Positions 11,502-24,000 of a stretch of 64,000 bases of DNA are shown piece by piece. The position numbers and the translations under genes are program-made. The DNA lies in assembly GCA_017654855.1 (NCBI GenBank), contig CM030338.1, forward strand, positions 1,612,001-1,676,000, written 5' to 3'. The stretch comes from Podospora anserina. Its lineage: Eukaryota. The notes beneath the pieces are model-generated. The model was given only the letters and a program-made list of their open reading frames with translations. It did no database searches and was not told where the DNA came from. Every line of letters begins with the position of its first letter. Position 1 is the stretch's first letter.

Positions 11502-14500
11502 GCGTGTCTGTGTCTGAAAATAGCCACAGGAAGATCCGCCGATTTGGTCGTTGACTTTTTTGGAGCAAGTTGTTAAAAATGGCTTGCTTGGTAAGAGACG
11601 ACGGGGCTCGTTGTGGTGGTGAGCCGTAAGTGTAAGTGAAAATAAAGTGTTGGTAGAGATATAATAACACAATGTCAACAACAACCTGATATCGCCAGCC
11701 AAAGAAACGACGGAAGCTCTGGCTCTTTATATGTTTCCAATCGGACACTCCTCTTTTCAGACATTTTTCTTGTTGAACTCGCCCGCACTGTACGTACTCT
11801 CTCTCAGTCCATGTCTCCGCCGTCAGAACGGGGTGTCGTGATGACATTGGGGCGCTCTGACAAACGGAATCGGGTGTGCTAAGCCCGATGGGGCAATTTG
11901 GGACTCTGCTGATTGGGTCACAGGGCCGGTACCTGAAAGGTCACTGAAAAAGTGTTTCTGGGATCCCTAGCTGCCATTCGTGGCGCCCCTGGAGCGGCTA
12001 TTCGAGGTTCTGGGGTAAGAGTGGAGTTCTCAGCTCCAGGGTATTTTTTGCAAGCCAGGGTACACTTCAGGTACCTCGATGGCCAAGTACACGAAGGACA
12101 ACTCCAACCTGTTCGTATACCGAGGAATTTATTATTATTTTCTTGATTTACACGAGAAGAGCGCTCTTTGGACGGTTTTTCGAGTCCGGGAATCTTGTAG
12201 ACCGCACTTGCTTTCACTGGTCCGATGCTTCTCGTAGGGCAGCCAGCCTCGAACCATCCCCTTGAATCTCTTACTCACCACCACAACCCTCCCCAGCTAC
12301 CCAGCTCACTGGGCACAAGGCGGGACGGCGTTGCACGTTCTGGAAGAGCCCCAAGCAATTGGAAATCCAAGCTATCTCCCCTGCCCAATCCCAATCTCGT
12401 CAAACACTTGCACTAGATCCCGCCGGGACGGTGAAGCCCCGACCGCCACTGCCATGGCTCTCTATCCCTTCACGGATAGCTTGGAAGTGTCAGAAGATGG
12501 ATCTAGGATCTACCGCTATCCCCAGCTCTATCGCCCGTAAGGTTTGCCAATGGACTTTGAACGGAGGTAAGACTCACGAAAGAGTGGGTTTCAACATCTC
12601 CATCTCCGTGGAACCTGCTGTGCTAGTTTGCTATCACCAACTGGGTTCAATCTGTTATTCAGAGTTTTGAGATGCCGAGCCCTGTGACAACTCCCAGACT
12701 TCAGACTTCGGAATTCAATATCAAAGGAGCCAGCCAGTCGTGCAACACATCTTCTCCCTTACCGCCTCTTCGTCTTACAGTCCTGACCTGGCATAATAGC
12801 GGTAGATCAATTCGGATTCGCAATTGGCGGTGGCATCATGAAAGCCCAGACTGTGCTCATCGGCAAAATGTTCCTTTCACGTTTGCTCCAAAGACTCTCA
12901 TTCTCAACGAAAAGTCAAGGCAAAGTGGTCCCGTGATGGCCCAAATACGTAAGAGCGACGGCCGCCCCGGGTTGGGCCCCTTTGCCCCGCATTTCGATCC
13001 GCTGTGGCTTGCCCAGCGTGCCCCGCCATCCACCATCCCCGGATTTTCCAGACCAAGCCCAGTGAAGCGCATCGCCATCAAGTAAAATGGGGGTAATGAA
13101 AACCTCCAGTTTGCTGCCCTGCTGCCCTACTGCATACATATTTTGTTCCTGAGGGTGCACGGGACCGGATTGTGGCTCTCTTTTCAGTATCCCGTTTCAA
13201 AAGCTTTTCTGGTTCAAAGCAGTTGATGTTGCGGATGGCGACCTGAGATTCCTGCTATCCACTTAGCACTCTTTGACCGCTGCTATGCCGGCCGCATCTT
13301 GCATTTATTCTTTTCGACGATGCGACTCTGCCAAAACGTGTACCGGATTCTAACCTCATAGGTTCAAACTCCAAAAGGTACGTACCCCGATACCTGCCAG
13401 GTTTGTTGAGCGCGAAAAAAGCTCTGCTGTCCTCGTGCTGGCACCCAGGCGCGCTGGCTTGTTTGACGACACGGGCCGGGCTGGGGCATGGTCACGGGGC
13501 TCACCTTGAGATTTGCAGCTCGGCGCCGTTGCGAAACTTCCTCCCTGCCAAGTCCTTCCAGGCCTCCAGACTGCTATTTTTTCTGTTGGCTAGGGGCTGG
13601 GTATGGAGATGACAACAGCGCCGGTGTGCGAATCGGCATCTCCACGAACCTGGCATCTGGGAGAGCTGGAGCGGCCGGAAGGTCTCATGCACTGTACGGC
13701 AACACTGCCCCGTGAGAGCCCCGGTGAGACTACCACCGCTCCAACAGACTGAGCTCACCACCAACAAAACAAACAAACAATTTCCAGCTCATTCTTTCGC
13801 CCCTTTTCCACATTCGTTACAGAGCACAGAGATGACTCCCATTTCTCTCTTTGGTCTGCTGATACTCTCGCCATGGCCAGTTTGTCTCTGCCCGGTCCGA
13901 AAGGGGTCCCACTGAAGGACACATTTGAGATTTCTCCCTCGACAACTCTGTTGCAGTCACATATCGGAAACTCCCCAGCAACCATCCGATCTTTTGCTCC
14001 CAAGGTCTGACCTCCCTCTCGGAGCTGCATCTCAACATTCGAGATCACGCTGAGGTCATCAGAGCAATCCTCCAAATACCTGCAGAGTATTACCTGATGC
14101 CAAGGGCACGGCAGAAATCCATGCGGAATCGTCATCCGTGATCATGGGTTCCATCTTCATCCCTTCGGTGCCGTGGACGATATCAGGAGAGAGCTTCATT
14201 CGATTCCCGATCTTTGAATCGGAAGCGATAGGTCTCCGTTCCAAGTCTTGTTGCTGAAGAACAGATGGTTCCCAGTCCATATATGCAAGCGGGGGAGGGC
14301 CGGGCTTGCATACTGGCATATGCGCCTTTCAAGGGCCAAAGTGACAGCAAAACATGTACATGCAAGGTACCTTGCCTTGCTTGGGATGGGCACATGCAAC
14401 ACAAGGACTATCAACCTCTTCTCTTTTGCTTGAACTTCTCCAGCAAACCAAGTCTTGAAGCTTGTCATCTTTACCCCTTTCTGTCATCATGCAGAGCTAC

Positions 14501-15510
14501 GGAAAGAATCTGCTCTTTTCCCAGAGATTATTCGTCCGATTCACTAACAGGGTTGTTACACAGGACTTTTCTCCAATTTTGGAGGTTCTTGCTTTCTCTG
14601 AGGTTGCTATCCTTTGTGTCCCCCCAAGTGCCTCCCAAGAAAAGAGGCAAAGCTGTTTCTGTTTTCTGTGTCTCGTTTTAAATTTTTTGGTGTCTTTCTC
14701 TCCCACACTCTCCTGACACACACTTTTTGTTTTTTTTGTTTCTATTACTCATAGTGGTAGTTGGGTCTCTTTTCTGGTCCGAGATTCTCTTCGTTAAGTG
14801 CCGAGAATAGGGTTCTCAGGCGATGAATCGTACGTACGATCTGCCCAGCTTTTATAGCGGAGTAGACTTTGGAAAAAAGGCTCGTCCCGTCTGATTTTCC
14901 CGCCGGTGTCGGAGCTTAAAAACTGAGGAGAATTGAGGTCATCATCAGAGAGGGCTGAGTTTACATGACACACTGGTCGGAAAAGATGCATCGTGAAGGC
15001 TGCGGTTCGCAAAGGTCCAAGGAAGGAGGTTTAGGATCCAAGGGACGTCACTCATCGGGTTTTTTTTCTTGGCAGGGCAGGAATGGAAGGTTCCATGTGG
15101 GTTCTCCCGTTGATTGCCGCAGGTCTCCGCTTTTAGTTTTTTTTGCTGATGGCGGGGCCGCCGCCGGCCGGGCGGGGCACAGTTCGGTGGTGCCCCTCTC
15201 GGATCTGTCGCCGTTTCATCAACGGAAGAGATGGAGGGGTAGTTGATTGAACCGCAGGTAGGGCAATTGATTGAATCCTTCCTCATTATCACACCCGACG
15301 ACAACATCTATCACCTGCGAAGTTGTGTATGAGTGACTTTTACAGGGGTTGAAGTTTATCCAGTGTTGGACAAGAGACACATCGAAACTCTTTTTACTTT
15401 TCGGCAGTTTGAACAATTGGCTCAAGGGTTTCTGCTGTCACACATACATCACACCATATCTCACACTTTTGCTTGCTCGGAGCTTGTTACTCCACATCAA
15501 GAAAGAGACA

Positions 15511-17017
15511 ATGACTTCAGCTCCCGTTCTTCCCGCCGGCGCCGCCGGGAGTGGAAATGCGAGGGAGCGAGCACGCCAGCTGGACCGGGATGATGAACTG
15601 GGGTTATTGAGGGACGAGTTCAACATCCCGACAAAGGGACAAATCGCGAGCACCTCGTTACCCGAGGGTTCCTCAGGTACAAGTCCCAACTGATCCAATA
15701 TCAAGCCTCGATAACTGACAGGTTGGCATAGCCAATAACAATGACAGCGACACAACAACCAAGTGCATCTACCTCTGCGGCAACTCTTTGGGTCTCCAAC
15801 CCAGACGCACACAAACCCGTCTCTCCCAGTACCTCTCCACCTGGGCCACCCAAGCCGTCCAAGGGCACTTTAAACCGCTGACCAACTCCCCCTTGCCAAC
15901 ATGGCTCGACGTCGACGAGCGAGCAGCCGAGATGATCGCCCCCATCGTGGGAGCTCACGTCTCCGAGGTGGCAATCATGCAGACTCTGACTGCGAATCTC
16001 CATCTTCTCATGTCTGCGTTCTACAAGCCTGATGCGAACAAGCGGCACAAGATCATCCTGGAGAGCAAGGCTTTTCCTAGCGATCACTTTGCCGTGGAGA
16101 CACAGCTTCGTCATCATGGGTTGGATGCGAGCAAATCAATGGTTTTGCTCAAGTCGGAGAGGTCGAGGGATAATATCTTGACTACGGAGGAGATCTGTGG
16201 GGTTATTGACCAGCATAAAGAGGACGCGTTTTTGTTGTTGTTGCCGGGGATTCAGTACTACACTGGGCAGCTGTTTGATATTGAGACTATCACTACGTAT
16301 GCGAAGGAGAGGGGGATTTTTGTCATTTGGGATCTGGCACATGCGGTTGGGAATGTGGAGTTGAGGCTTCATGAGTGGGGGGTTGATGCTGCGGCTTGGT
16401 GCTCGTACAAGTATTTGAATGGGGGGCCGGGGTGTATTGGGGGGATGTTTGTTCATGAGAATAATAGTGCTGTGACGAAGCTTATTACTGATGAGAGGCC
16501 GGAGGAGGGGTATAATCACCGGTTGGCTGGGTGGTGGGGGAATGATAAGAAGAGTCGGTTTGGGATGGAGAATAGATTCCACCCTGTCAAGGGGGCCGCG
16601 GGGTTCCAGTTGAGTAATCCTAGTGTGTTGGATATTACTAGTTTGTGTGCGAGCTTGGAGGTTTTTGAGCAGGCGGGTGGGATGGGGAAGTTGAGGGAGA
16701 AGAGTTTGAGGCTGACGAAGTTTTTGGAGGAGCAGTTAGAGGGGATGGGGGAGGAGGAGAAGGGGTTGTTCAGGGTTATTACGCCTTTGGATCCGAAGCA
16801 GAGGGGGGCGCAGCTTAGCTTGGGGTTGGGGAGTGGGTTGCTTGAGGGGGTGATGAAGGAACTGGAGAGGCAAGGGGTGATTGTTGATGAAAGGAGACCG
16901 GATGTCATTAGGGTTGCGCCAGCGCCGTTGTATAATGGGTTTGAGGATGTGGTTGGATTTGTTGAGGCTTTTGGGGAAGCCTTGAGAGTGGCCAGGAGAG
17001 AGAGGGATGCGTTTTGA
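15511..17017 (+). CDS. BNA5: Kynureninase (PLP-dependent); 2 exons (15511-15676, 15732-17017)
   Basis: Intron 15677-15731 joins ...PEGSS to ANNN...IYLCGNSLGLQP. Motifs TLTANLHLLM, ILESKAFPSDH, WDLAHAVGNV, WCSYKYLNGGPG, RLAGWWG, IRVAPAPLYN. Confidence 0.95.
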
Positions 17018-17083
17018 GATGTACACGCAGTGTTGCTATTGGGGGTCTGTCATTACGTCTTGCGACGCAGGTTGTGTATTCGC

Positions 17084-19015
17084 TCAAACAATCTCAATCA
17101 CCACAGCCTCCAAGTCATATATCCACCGCGCTTGGTAAGCATCTACCATGCCAACCCTCCTGAAACGTCCGTTAGACAGCTCTTCAAGCACTAGACCCTC
17201 CCCATTCCAGTCCTCGTCCCACTGAAGGAAAACAAAAACAATCCCACCCGTTCTCGGCCCAATATCATCAAAATGAACGTTCCCAATCTGGCTGTGCTTC
17301 CCGTCTTCATTCAATACCATAAGCTCCCATCTGCCGGCCTTTTCACGCACAAAAGGCTCTCTTAAAACTGCCGCCTTAATGCGTAACGAACCATCCGTCA
17401 CCTCCCCGAACGGCGCCTCCACAGCTGCAAGGCTGACCCAACAGTCCACCACCTCCATCTGCTTATACTTTGAAGCATTCACCATGAACGTAGCATTGTC
17501 ATAGTATACCCCCCAATTCACGCTCGCCCACGACCACGACGGAGCACGGTATCTTGCCGGCCTCGAAGACTTGGAGTCGAGTTCCTTCTCCCTGACCGCC
17601 CTCCAAAGAAGGTCAGGCACCAAAGACTTTTTCCAGAGTCCTGCGAGGTAGGAATCCCCAGTCACGCGGGAGAACTGCTCTGCGACGCCTGCCAGAGCGG
17701 GCAGCTTGTCCCCCTCGTGAGAGTGCCATCGCAGTGTGAAAGAAGCGACGATTTCAAGCCACGCAACACGCGCCTCCCATTTCTCTTGGGGCGACAACTC
17801 TTTGGATCGTTGGCCTGATGTTGAACAAGCGAGTATCCGGGGAAGGCGCACTCTGCTTGGTCCGCAGAGCGCCTGGCCTATGCTGACGGCTTCGGTCTGG
17901 CAGTTGTATTTGAGGGTCTCACTGTCGTAGATCAGAGTGCGCGAGGGGAGGACCTGCTCTTGCAGCGTCCAGGCGCGGGAGTCGATTGGTTCGACGGGGA
18001 GGCCTGATTTCCCATGAGGGGAGTATGCTTCGTGTGTGTTGAGAAGGGAGACGATGCCTACTCTGCTTCCTGTTGGGTCTCGGGGGTTGTTGTTGTGGAA
18101 GGGTACACGTGCTGATGGGTTTCTCTGCAGCCGGGTTTGCCTCAGGAAGCCTTCCCTTGAGGTAGCTGCGCTGGCTGCTATGATGGTGAGGTAGCTCTCG
18201 CGGTAGATGCGGCTCATTTGACAGATTTGTTTCAACTTGTCGGCGTCAGAATCTTGGATGATGCAGAGAGCATCAACCCAGAGGTATCGGTGCTTGAGAG
18301 AGTGGGTAACGAAGATGGCATCGCGGATGGTTCGTGGGAGGCTTGAGATGGGTATCCCATGGCCGACAATTTCTTCGATGTTGGAAGTGGTGAGTTTGAG
18401 AGGCTGGTCAATGCCCCAGACGTAGCTCAGCGTTATATACAGGCCTGGCTGAGTTCCATGTGTGAGAATGAGTCTGGGGTTTGACGGATCTGAGCAATCG
18501 ATGACGCGGTCTGGAAGCAGCGTGAATAGATCGGGGCTTTGGCAGTCTGCGTGAAACTTGACGCAGTTGTCGATGCATTCCTGAGCTAAGGCGAAGCTCT
18601 CCGGGGTACAGAGGTCTGTAATTTGTTCACGGGCCGCAAAATGAACGGCTGCTGGATCGTCTGCGACAGTGTAGATGTGATACAAGTTGGTGATTCCTTT
18701 ACCATTGATTACGACCCGAACTTCCAGTTGACTCTGCCGTGGGGTCCATGAATGGTTGTCCACATCATCGAGGCCCACGAAGACGGTGACAGTGGTTCCC
18801 CCAGGAGGGTATCCCAGCATCTTTATAAGTCTGTTGAGTTCGCCACACCAAGTGCATCCTCGCCTGACGGCCCCTTGCACGGCTTCATAGGGAGTGTCAT
18901 ATGTATACATGTCTTCCGGGGTCGTGTTCAAAAGGGACCTCCAACCATCAGGCGAAAAGATGGTCTTGAGATCTGTTTCGCAGACAAGCGAGAGCGGATC
19001 CAGTAACTGTTCCAT
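17084..19015 (-). CDS. HET-domain protein (heterokaryon incompatibility domain, TOL-like), intronless
   Basis: HET blocks YITLSYVWG, LPRTIRDAI...RYLWVDALCIIQD, MSRIYRESYLTI, SRAWTLQEQVL; downstream DKLPALAGVA, YLAGLW, RAPSWSWAS. Confidence 0.92.
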   Translation of the reverse strand: MEQLLDPLSLVCETDLKTIFSPDGWRSLLNTTPEDMYTYDTPYEAVQGAVRRGCTWCGELNRLIKMLGYPPGGTTVTVFVGLDDVDNHSWTPRQSQLEVRVVINGKGITNLYHIYTVADDPAAVHFAAREQITDLCTPESFALAQECIDNCVKFHADCQSPDLFTLLPDRVIDCSDPSNPRLILTHGTQPGLYITLSYVWGIDQPLKLTTSNIEEIVGHGIPISSLPRTIRDAIFVTHSLKHRYLWVDALCIIQDSDADKLKQICQMSRIYRESYLTIIAASAATSREGFLRQTRLQRNPSARVPFHNNNPRDPTGSRVGIVSLLNTHEAYSPHGKSGLPVEPIDSRAWTLQEQVLPSRTLIYDSETLKYNCQTEAVSIGQALCGPSRVRLPRILACSTSGQRSKELSPQEKWEARVAWLEIVASFTLRWHSHEGDKLPALAGVAEQFSRVTGDSYLAGLWKKSLVPDLLWRAVREKELDSKSSRPARYRAPSWSWASVNWGVYYDNATFMVNASKYKQMEVVDCWVSLAAVEAPFGEVTDGSLRIKAAVLREPFVREKAGRWELMVLNEDGKHSQIGNVHFDDIGPRTGGIVFVFLQWDEDWNGEGLVLEELSNGRFRRVGMVDAYQARWIYDLEAVVIEIV

Positions 19016-19997
19016 GGATGCAAGTGAGAGTCTTTTCCACTTCTGTAAAGAAAATCAGTTGTTGAAAATAGGTAATAATCCCAGGACTAGCCCTGACTTG
19101 TAGAATGCAAACTTGAGCCAACATAAGCCACGCCCGCCCCACATGCTTAGGCGCCTAGGTAGGAAATATTCCTTTGCTATCATGGGAAGCCTAAACAGTG
19201 CCCCAATGCGCTCTGATTTGATTGGCAGCCATGAGGGAGGTGGCGCAAGGGCAGTATTAGCTTTTTTGTTCACATCCACCCAACAGGTTCAGACCATTTG
19301 TTCTCTCCCTTAAAGGCTTTTATAGTACCAGGTAAAAACTACATAGCGCTACGCTGTGAGTTTTGGAAAGTGTCACCTAAGTACCTGCCGTTTTGCTCCC
19401 AGAAAGCCAGCATGTGGCCACCAGTGAAGGAACGTGCGGATGAAGTTAACGACCGCTCGCTCCTTCCCCCTCCCGTCAAGAAGGTGAAGCTCAGAATGTC
19501 GACTGTGAAAGCTTCCATGTTGCTTGCTCTGGCTCTCACAGCCCTTCAGTTGGAGATAAAGTACCTACTGGAGACTCTAATAAACCTACCATCCACTTTT
19601 TATCGTAATCTGAAAAGAAACCAACTCTCTTAAACTGGCCAAATGAGACGCTTCCTAGTACCTTACCCAAACCGCATCACCTGTTACATAGAACGTCGGA
19701 AGCAGACGGTCCATACAAGGTACTTTATGAAGTTCCTTTGCAGATTTATTGTATAAACCTCTGTTATTGGGTAAAGGGGTCATTCGGGGGCGTCTAGTTA
19801 AACCCCTGACCCTGTGCCGGGCTTGTCGACCATTGAATTTGTTAAGGTCCCATGGGTACTGGTTGGGAATAGCTGGCTGATTTCCCGCACTTTGGTCTTT
19901 CCCAATATTCGGACATCTTCCGTTAGGTAGTCTTCTCGCCATATTGCGAGCTTGAAGTCTGGACCCAGTTTTACCAAACAGCTGCCGCAAGAGAGCC

Positions 19998-20780
19998 ATG
20001 GCGAATTCTGTTGCACTCCTACACCTTGGAATACCCAACAGCGTCGAGGTAGAGGTTGTTGAGTACCCAGCCGAGAAATTCCCAGAGCTTGCCGCTTCCC
20101 TGCATCAACCCCATGATGATACTATCAACGCGACAATCACATGCATACGCGTGTGGTTTCAGGACCGGAGGGTCCAAACCCTGAAGAGTCTGTTGGAGGA
20201 GAAGGATGAGCAGTTGCAGGAAGCAAGATGGAAGGAGGAGAGCCACGCGGAAGTCTTGCAAGATTGGACGGTGCAGATGAAGGAGCTCGAGAAGGCAAAC
20301 GAGGACTTGCAGGTACAAGCCGCGATGGCGAGAAAAGCGTTGCAGGAACAGGCGGAGGAGGCGGAACGGTACCGGGAGTCTGTACAGGCCGGGCAAAGAA
20401 ATCTTGAGATTGGACTAGACACATCTCGCCGTATTGTCGCGAACGTGGAATTAGAGCGGTCAGTCCTGCTAAGAAAGGTTGATGAACTAACGAGCCAAAA
20501 CCAAGAGCTTGCCAGAGCCTTTTTGAGCCAAAGAGGACGCCGTCTTTCAATGGATGAAGATGCTCAGTCGGAGGAGCCACCTGACAGGCCCGGCAGCGAC
20601 CTCCCTTCGAGGCTCGAAAACGAAACCTTGAGGACTTCACTCAGCCATGCTCAGAGAATGATTCAAAATCTCAGGACCAATATACACCGGGAAAAGACAG
20701 AGAAGCTCGAGTTAAAACGCTGGCTGCAAGATGCGCGCGACCAACTTGAGCCTGAGCGCTCGGCCGTTGATAACGCATGA
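19998..20780 (+). CDS. Coiled-coil protein resembling an internal fragment of ApsA/AMI1/Num1 (no PH domain); may be part of a larger or truncated gene
   Basis: 260-aa E/Q/L-rich ORF. Segments LERSVLLRKVDELTSQNQELARA and LENETLRTSLSHAQRMIQNLRTNIHREKTEKLELKRWLQDARDQLE match my recollection of the ApsA-family coiled-coil. Confidence 0.65.
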   Translation: MANSVALLHLGIPNSVEVEVVEYPAEKFPELAASLHQPHDDTINATITCIRVWFQDRRVQTLKSLLEEKDEQLQEARWKEESHAEVLQDWTVQMKELEKANEDLQVQAAMARKALQEQAEEAERYRESVQAGQRNLEIGLDTSRRIVANVELERSVLLRKVDELTSQNQELARAFLSQRGRRLSMDEDAQSEEPPDRPGSDLPSRLENETLRTSLSHAQRMIQNLRTNIHREKTEKLELKRWLQDARDQLEPERSAVDNA

Positions 20781-21076
20781 TTGACTAAAGGAGACCCAAG
20801 CATTCGCGGCACATTCGGAAGTGGCACTGACTAGGAAACAGAGGCAGAGTAGTCGGATGTACATAGCACTGCCGAGGTTACCTCATCTAATGCTCGGCCT
20901 GTACCACAGATAGCTAGATACACCGTCGTGCCAGAGTAGCGGAACCTGGATTACAAGGTGAGAGCCAACGCTTGTCAGGGCAGTTCATTGAGGTGCTATC
21001 CAGTGTATCCAGTCACATGCTGGTCAAGGATCAGGTAGTTCAGAGAGCCTGGTAGATTTTGCTGCTTTCTACCAAA

Positions 21077-24000
21077 CTATACAAGACAGATAATGTTCGG
21101 CTCCTTAGCCTCCTTCCATCTCAGAGCCTCTCTATACATGATACCGTGAATATGACACTCCCCCACGAGCCAGTACTGGCCGGCAACCCTTGCAGGCCTC
21201 AGTACGAAGGGTACTGCGCCGCCTCGGAACAAGCATATCTTGTCGCCGGGGCGGGCATTTCCTGGGACAAGTCCCACATACCCCTTGGTGGTGTGGCACA
21301 GTTTCGCCCTGAAAATGTGCTTGGTGAATGCCGCGGCTGTCCGCCAATACAGGACGACTGTCTCCAGCGAAGACCGTGGACGGTCTGTGTAGATGGCCAC
21401 GTTTCCTCCCTGTCTCGCGCAAAGTATCTCGTCCTTGAGATTTGCGGGCCACGTGCCGCTCTCTGGGACGTTGGTGCTGGCGTCACGTACTTGGTCGAGA
21501 GGCCAATGGGATCGGCCTAGTATCAATTCTGGGGAGCGTGGGCCGGTGGCTCCCCCTATGACCAGCATGAGCCTGACTGTTTCCAAAGACTCACCGGTTG
21601 GATACTCGGACAGAAAGGTAAAGAATCTTTCGAGATCCTCATTCGCCGCTGTGAACGAGGCAAAGTTGCCAGTAGCAACCCTTAGCTTTGTAGTGCTTGT
21701 AAGGCTGTCGATGATAGTCCCTCTTATAGCCAGGACTGGCTTGTGTGCCATGCCTCTCCCCGCTACACCTGGAATTTGCACCGAAGCCTCCGGCACGCCG
21801 CGGTGTCCGGCAAAATATCTTCTGGTCCCACTCCTCCAATTGGAGATTGTTTTGGGAAAGGAGCTACTTGTGAAATCGGGGATCCAGGACGAAGATGGGA
21901 ACGCTAGGGGTGACGGAACAGCTGGCCCTTCCAACCTTCCCGTTCCTGATCGGTACAGGAGATCCAACACCATCCCCTTCTCGACAAACTTCATTGCGTA
22001 TCGTCGCGCTACGGCCTCGACCCCGGACCCATAGTCTGGATCGAATTCCTCCTCTGCAACATCGGAAGCGATCCCCAGCAGGGCAAACATCTTGTCTTCG
22101 CATTTCGTCGCCTTGGTGTAGAAGGACTCGAGAAATTCGAAGAAGCCAAGCTTGTGTTGTGTATGCTTGAACTGCTGCCGGGCAAACCCCATTGCGAGCG
22201 CTGCCTCGGCATTGGGCAGTGCGTCGGTACGATTTTGCCATGCTAGGACGGTTGAGGCGAAGAAGTCCTCCCACCGGATGCTTTGGTTGCCGCAAAGGAC
22301 CTCGACGTTGGAGCCCAAGACAAGCTCCTGGACGATCCAAATGCGAGAGAACCACTCTCGTGAAAGTAACCTGTCTAGAGAGCCCCAGATCGCATCGTTG
22401 CTTCCCGGAAGTTTTGCTTTGACCCGGCCACCATGTTGAAGTTCTGTGAGAAAGCGAAGGGCGCCGCTGCTATGGCTATCGGACTCGCCTATCCAGGCTA
22501 GGATCACGGCTGCTTGCTGGTAAATCCGTTGCATGAAACGGATCTGCGCGCTCTTCTCGACCGAATTGTGCTGATCTATGCAGACGGCATCGGCCCAGAT
22601 TGACACGGGCAACTTCTCACGTCGGATTCGTCGCAGCGCGGCGGCTAGGGAGCGAGTTATTGGGATGTTACCTTCTGAAGTCTCTAGATTCTCGGCCATA
22701 TCGGGGTTTCCCCAGATGTAGGAGAGGGCGGAAAAGTGCGGCTTAGATGAAAGGGCTACGTGCTGTATAGACGCCTGGAGCGATGCCTCTGCTCGGCCCT
22801 TGTGTGGCTGAAGGTACAACAACCGGATGTGATGGGTTGCAAAGGGAGGTACTTGTAATGGTTGGACAGCTCTGGTTACGTGCTCGCCGCATCCATGTTG
22901 AGGTGGGAAGGGCTGGTACTGCCCGGAGTGTTCAAGGTACACTGCCACCCACCATATGGGACAATCGAGAGCAGACCTTTTGCAACCAGGGCCCAAGGGT
23001 CGATGAAGACAGCCACGCGACCATCCTTCGTGACGTTGTAAACACGGAGCAACACGAAAACATGGTCCGCTGCCTTGAGATTGCTTAACGCCAAATCCTG
23101 AGGCTTGAGCGAGATGGTGGTTAATGCGATATCATTTTCCGGTCAAAATGTTGCCAACTCATCAACTTAGCATGTGTATTTGTAAGTCGAAACGGTGTGT
23201 CAGTGGCCCTTCAGTTACATAGACGGACAGGTGAAATGTCACCTGCACCGCCAATATCTTCAGACGTTGGTCAACGTCTTCAAAAAGCCTCGACCGCAAC
23301 TTGTTGGACACGTCGGTGATCACAAAAGTGGCAGCAGGCTTTGCGTCTTGCTCGGGAGCGGGATGTCCAGCATCGACACGCAATGGGCTTTTCCAGTGCT
23401 TCGTGGGTTGATAACCATCGCCAAGGGATCGTGATAAGTATTCCGAGACCTGGCAGCATTCCCCGTCACTATGAGTACCGTACTTATCTCACGGGGAGGA
23501 CTTCAGCAAGCAAGGTGTCCGTATCTCACCGTGTATTCTCCCATAAACTGCGGGTCGTTGTGCCTCATTCCACCAAAGGTAACAGACAAAGGTCTCAGCG
23601 GAACAATACCATCCTTGATGTCGTGAAAAGTGTGGTTGGCGGCGGGTTCCCGAGACTCAAGATACTCCTTGTAAAGCCCTGCCACCGGCCTTACACCACC
23701 ACTGTCCTTGGAGTTCCCAGCGCTGTTGTGGTTTCTGCTAGAAGGACCCTGCTCTCCGTATGATTTCTGAAATTCGCGATCGCCCGTTGACAGGTCTCCC
23801 CCGGTAGGAGCGGGTGAAAACGTAATGCTGGCGCACCGCTTGCACGATGAGATGGCTGATTGGGTTAGGTATGTATGTTAGATGGCGGGCTTGGCGGGTC
23901 CTATCATGGCGCCAGAGAACTCACCTTGCTCCATAGAATTTGCTACGTCGTCCCATTCTGGGACGTCTTCCGGCACGCCTCTCCTGCGAAGGCTCGCGTC

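Noticed and set aside
693..19015. NAD-themed cluster (isochorismatase family, NAD-GDH, kynureninase, TIR-like HET)
   Set aside because: The link is only thematic; genes are widely spaced with no evidence of co-regulation, and the hydrolase is YcaC-like rather than a clear nicotinamidase.
21077..22996. Independent intact 639-aa HET gene
   Set aside because: The ORF starts at TTG with no suitable ATG before the HET motifs; the canonical HET start lies in another frame continuous with the upstream gene.
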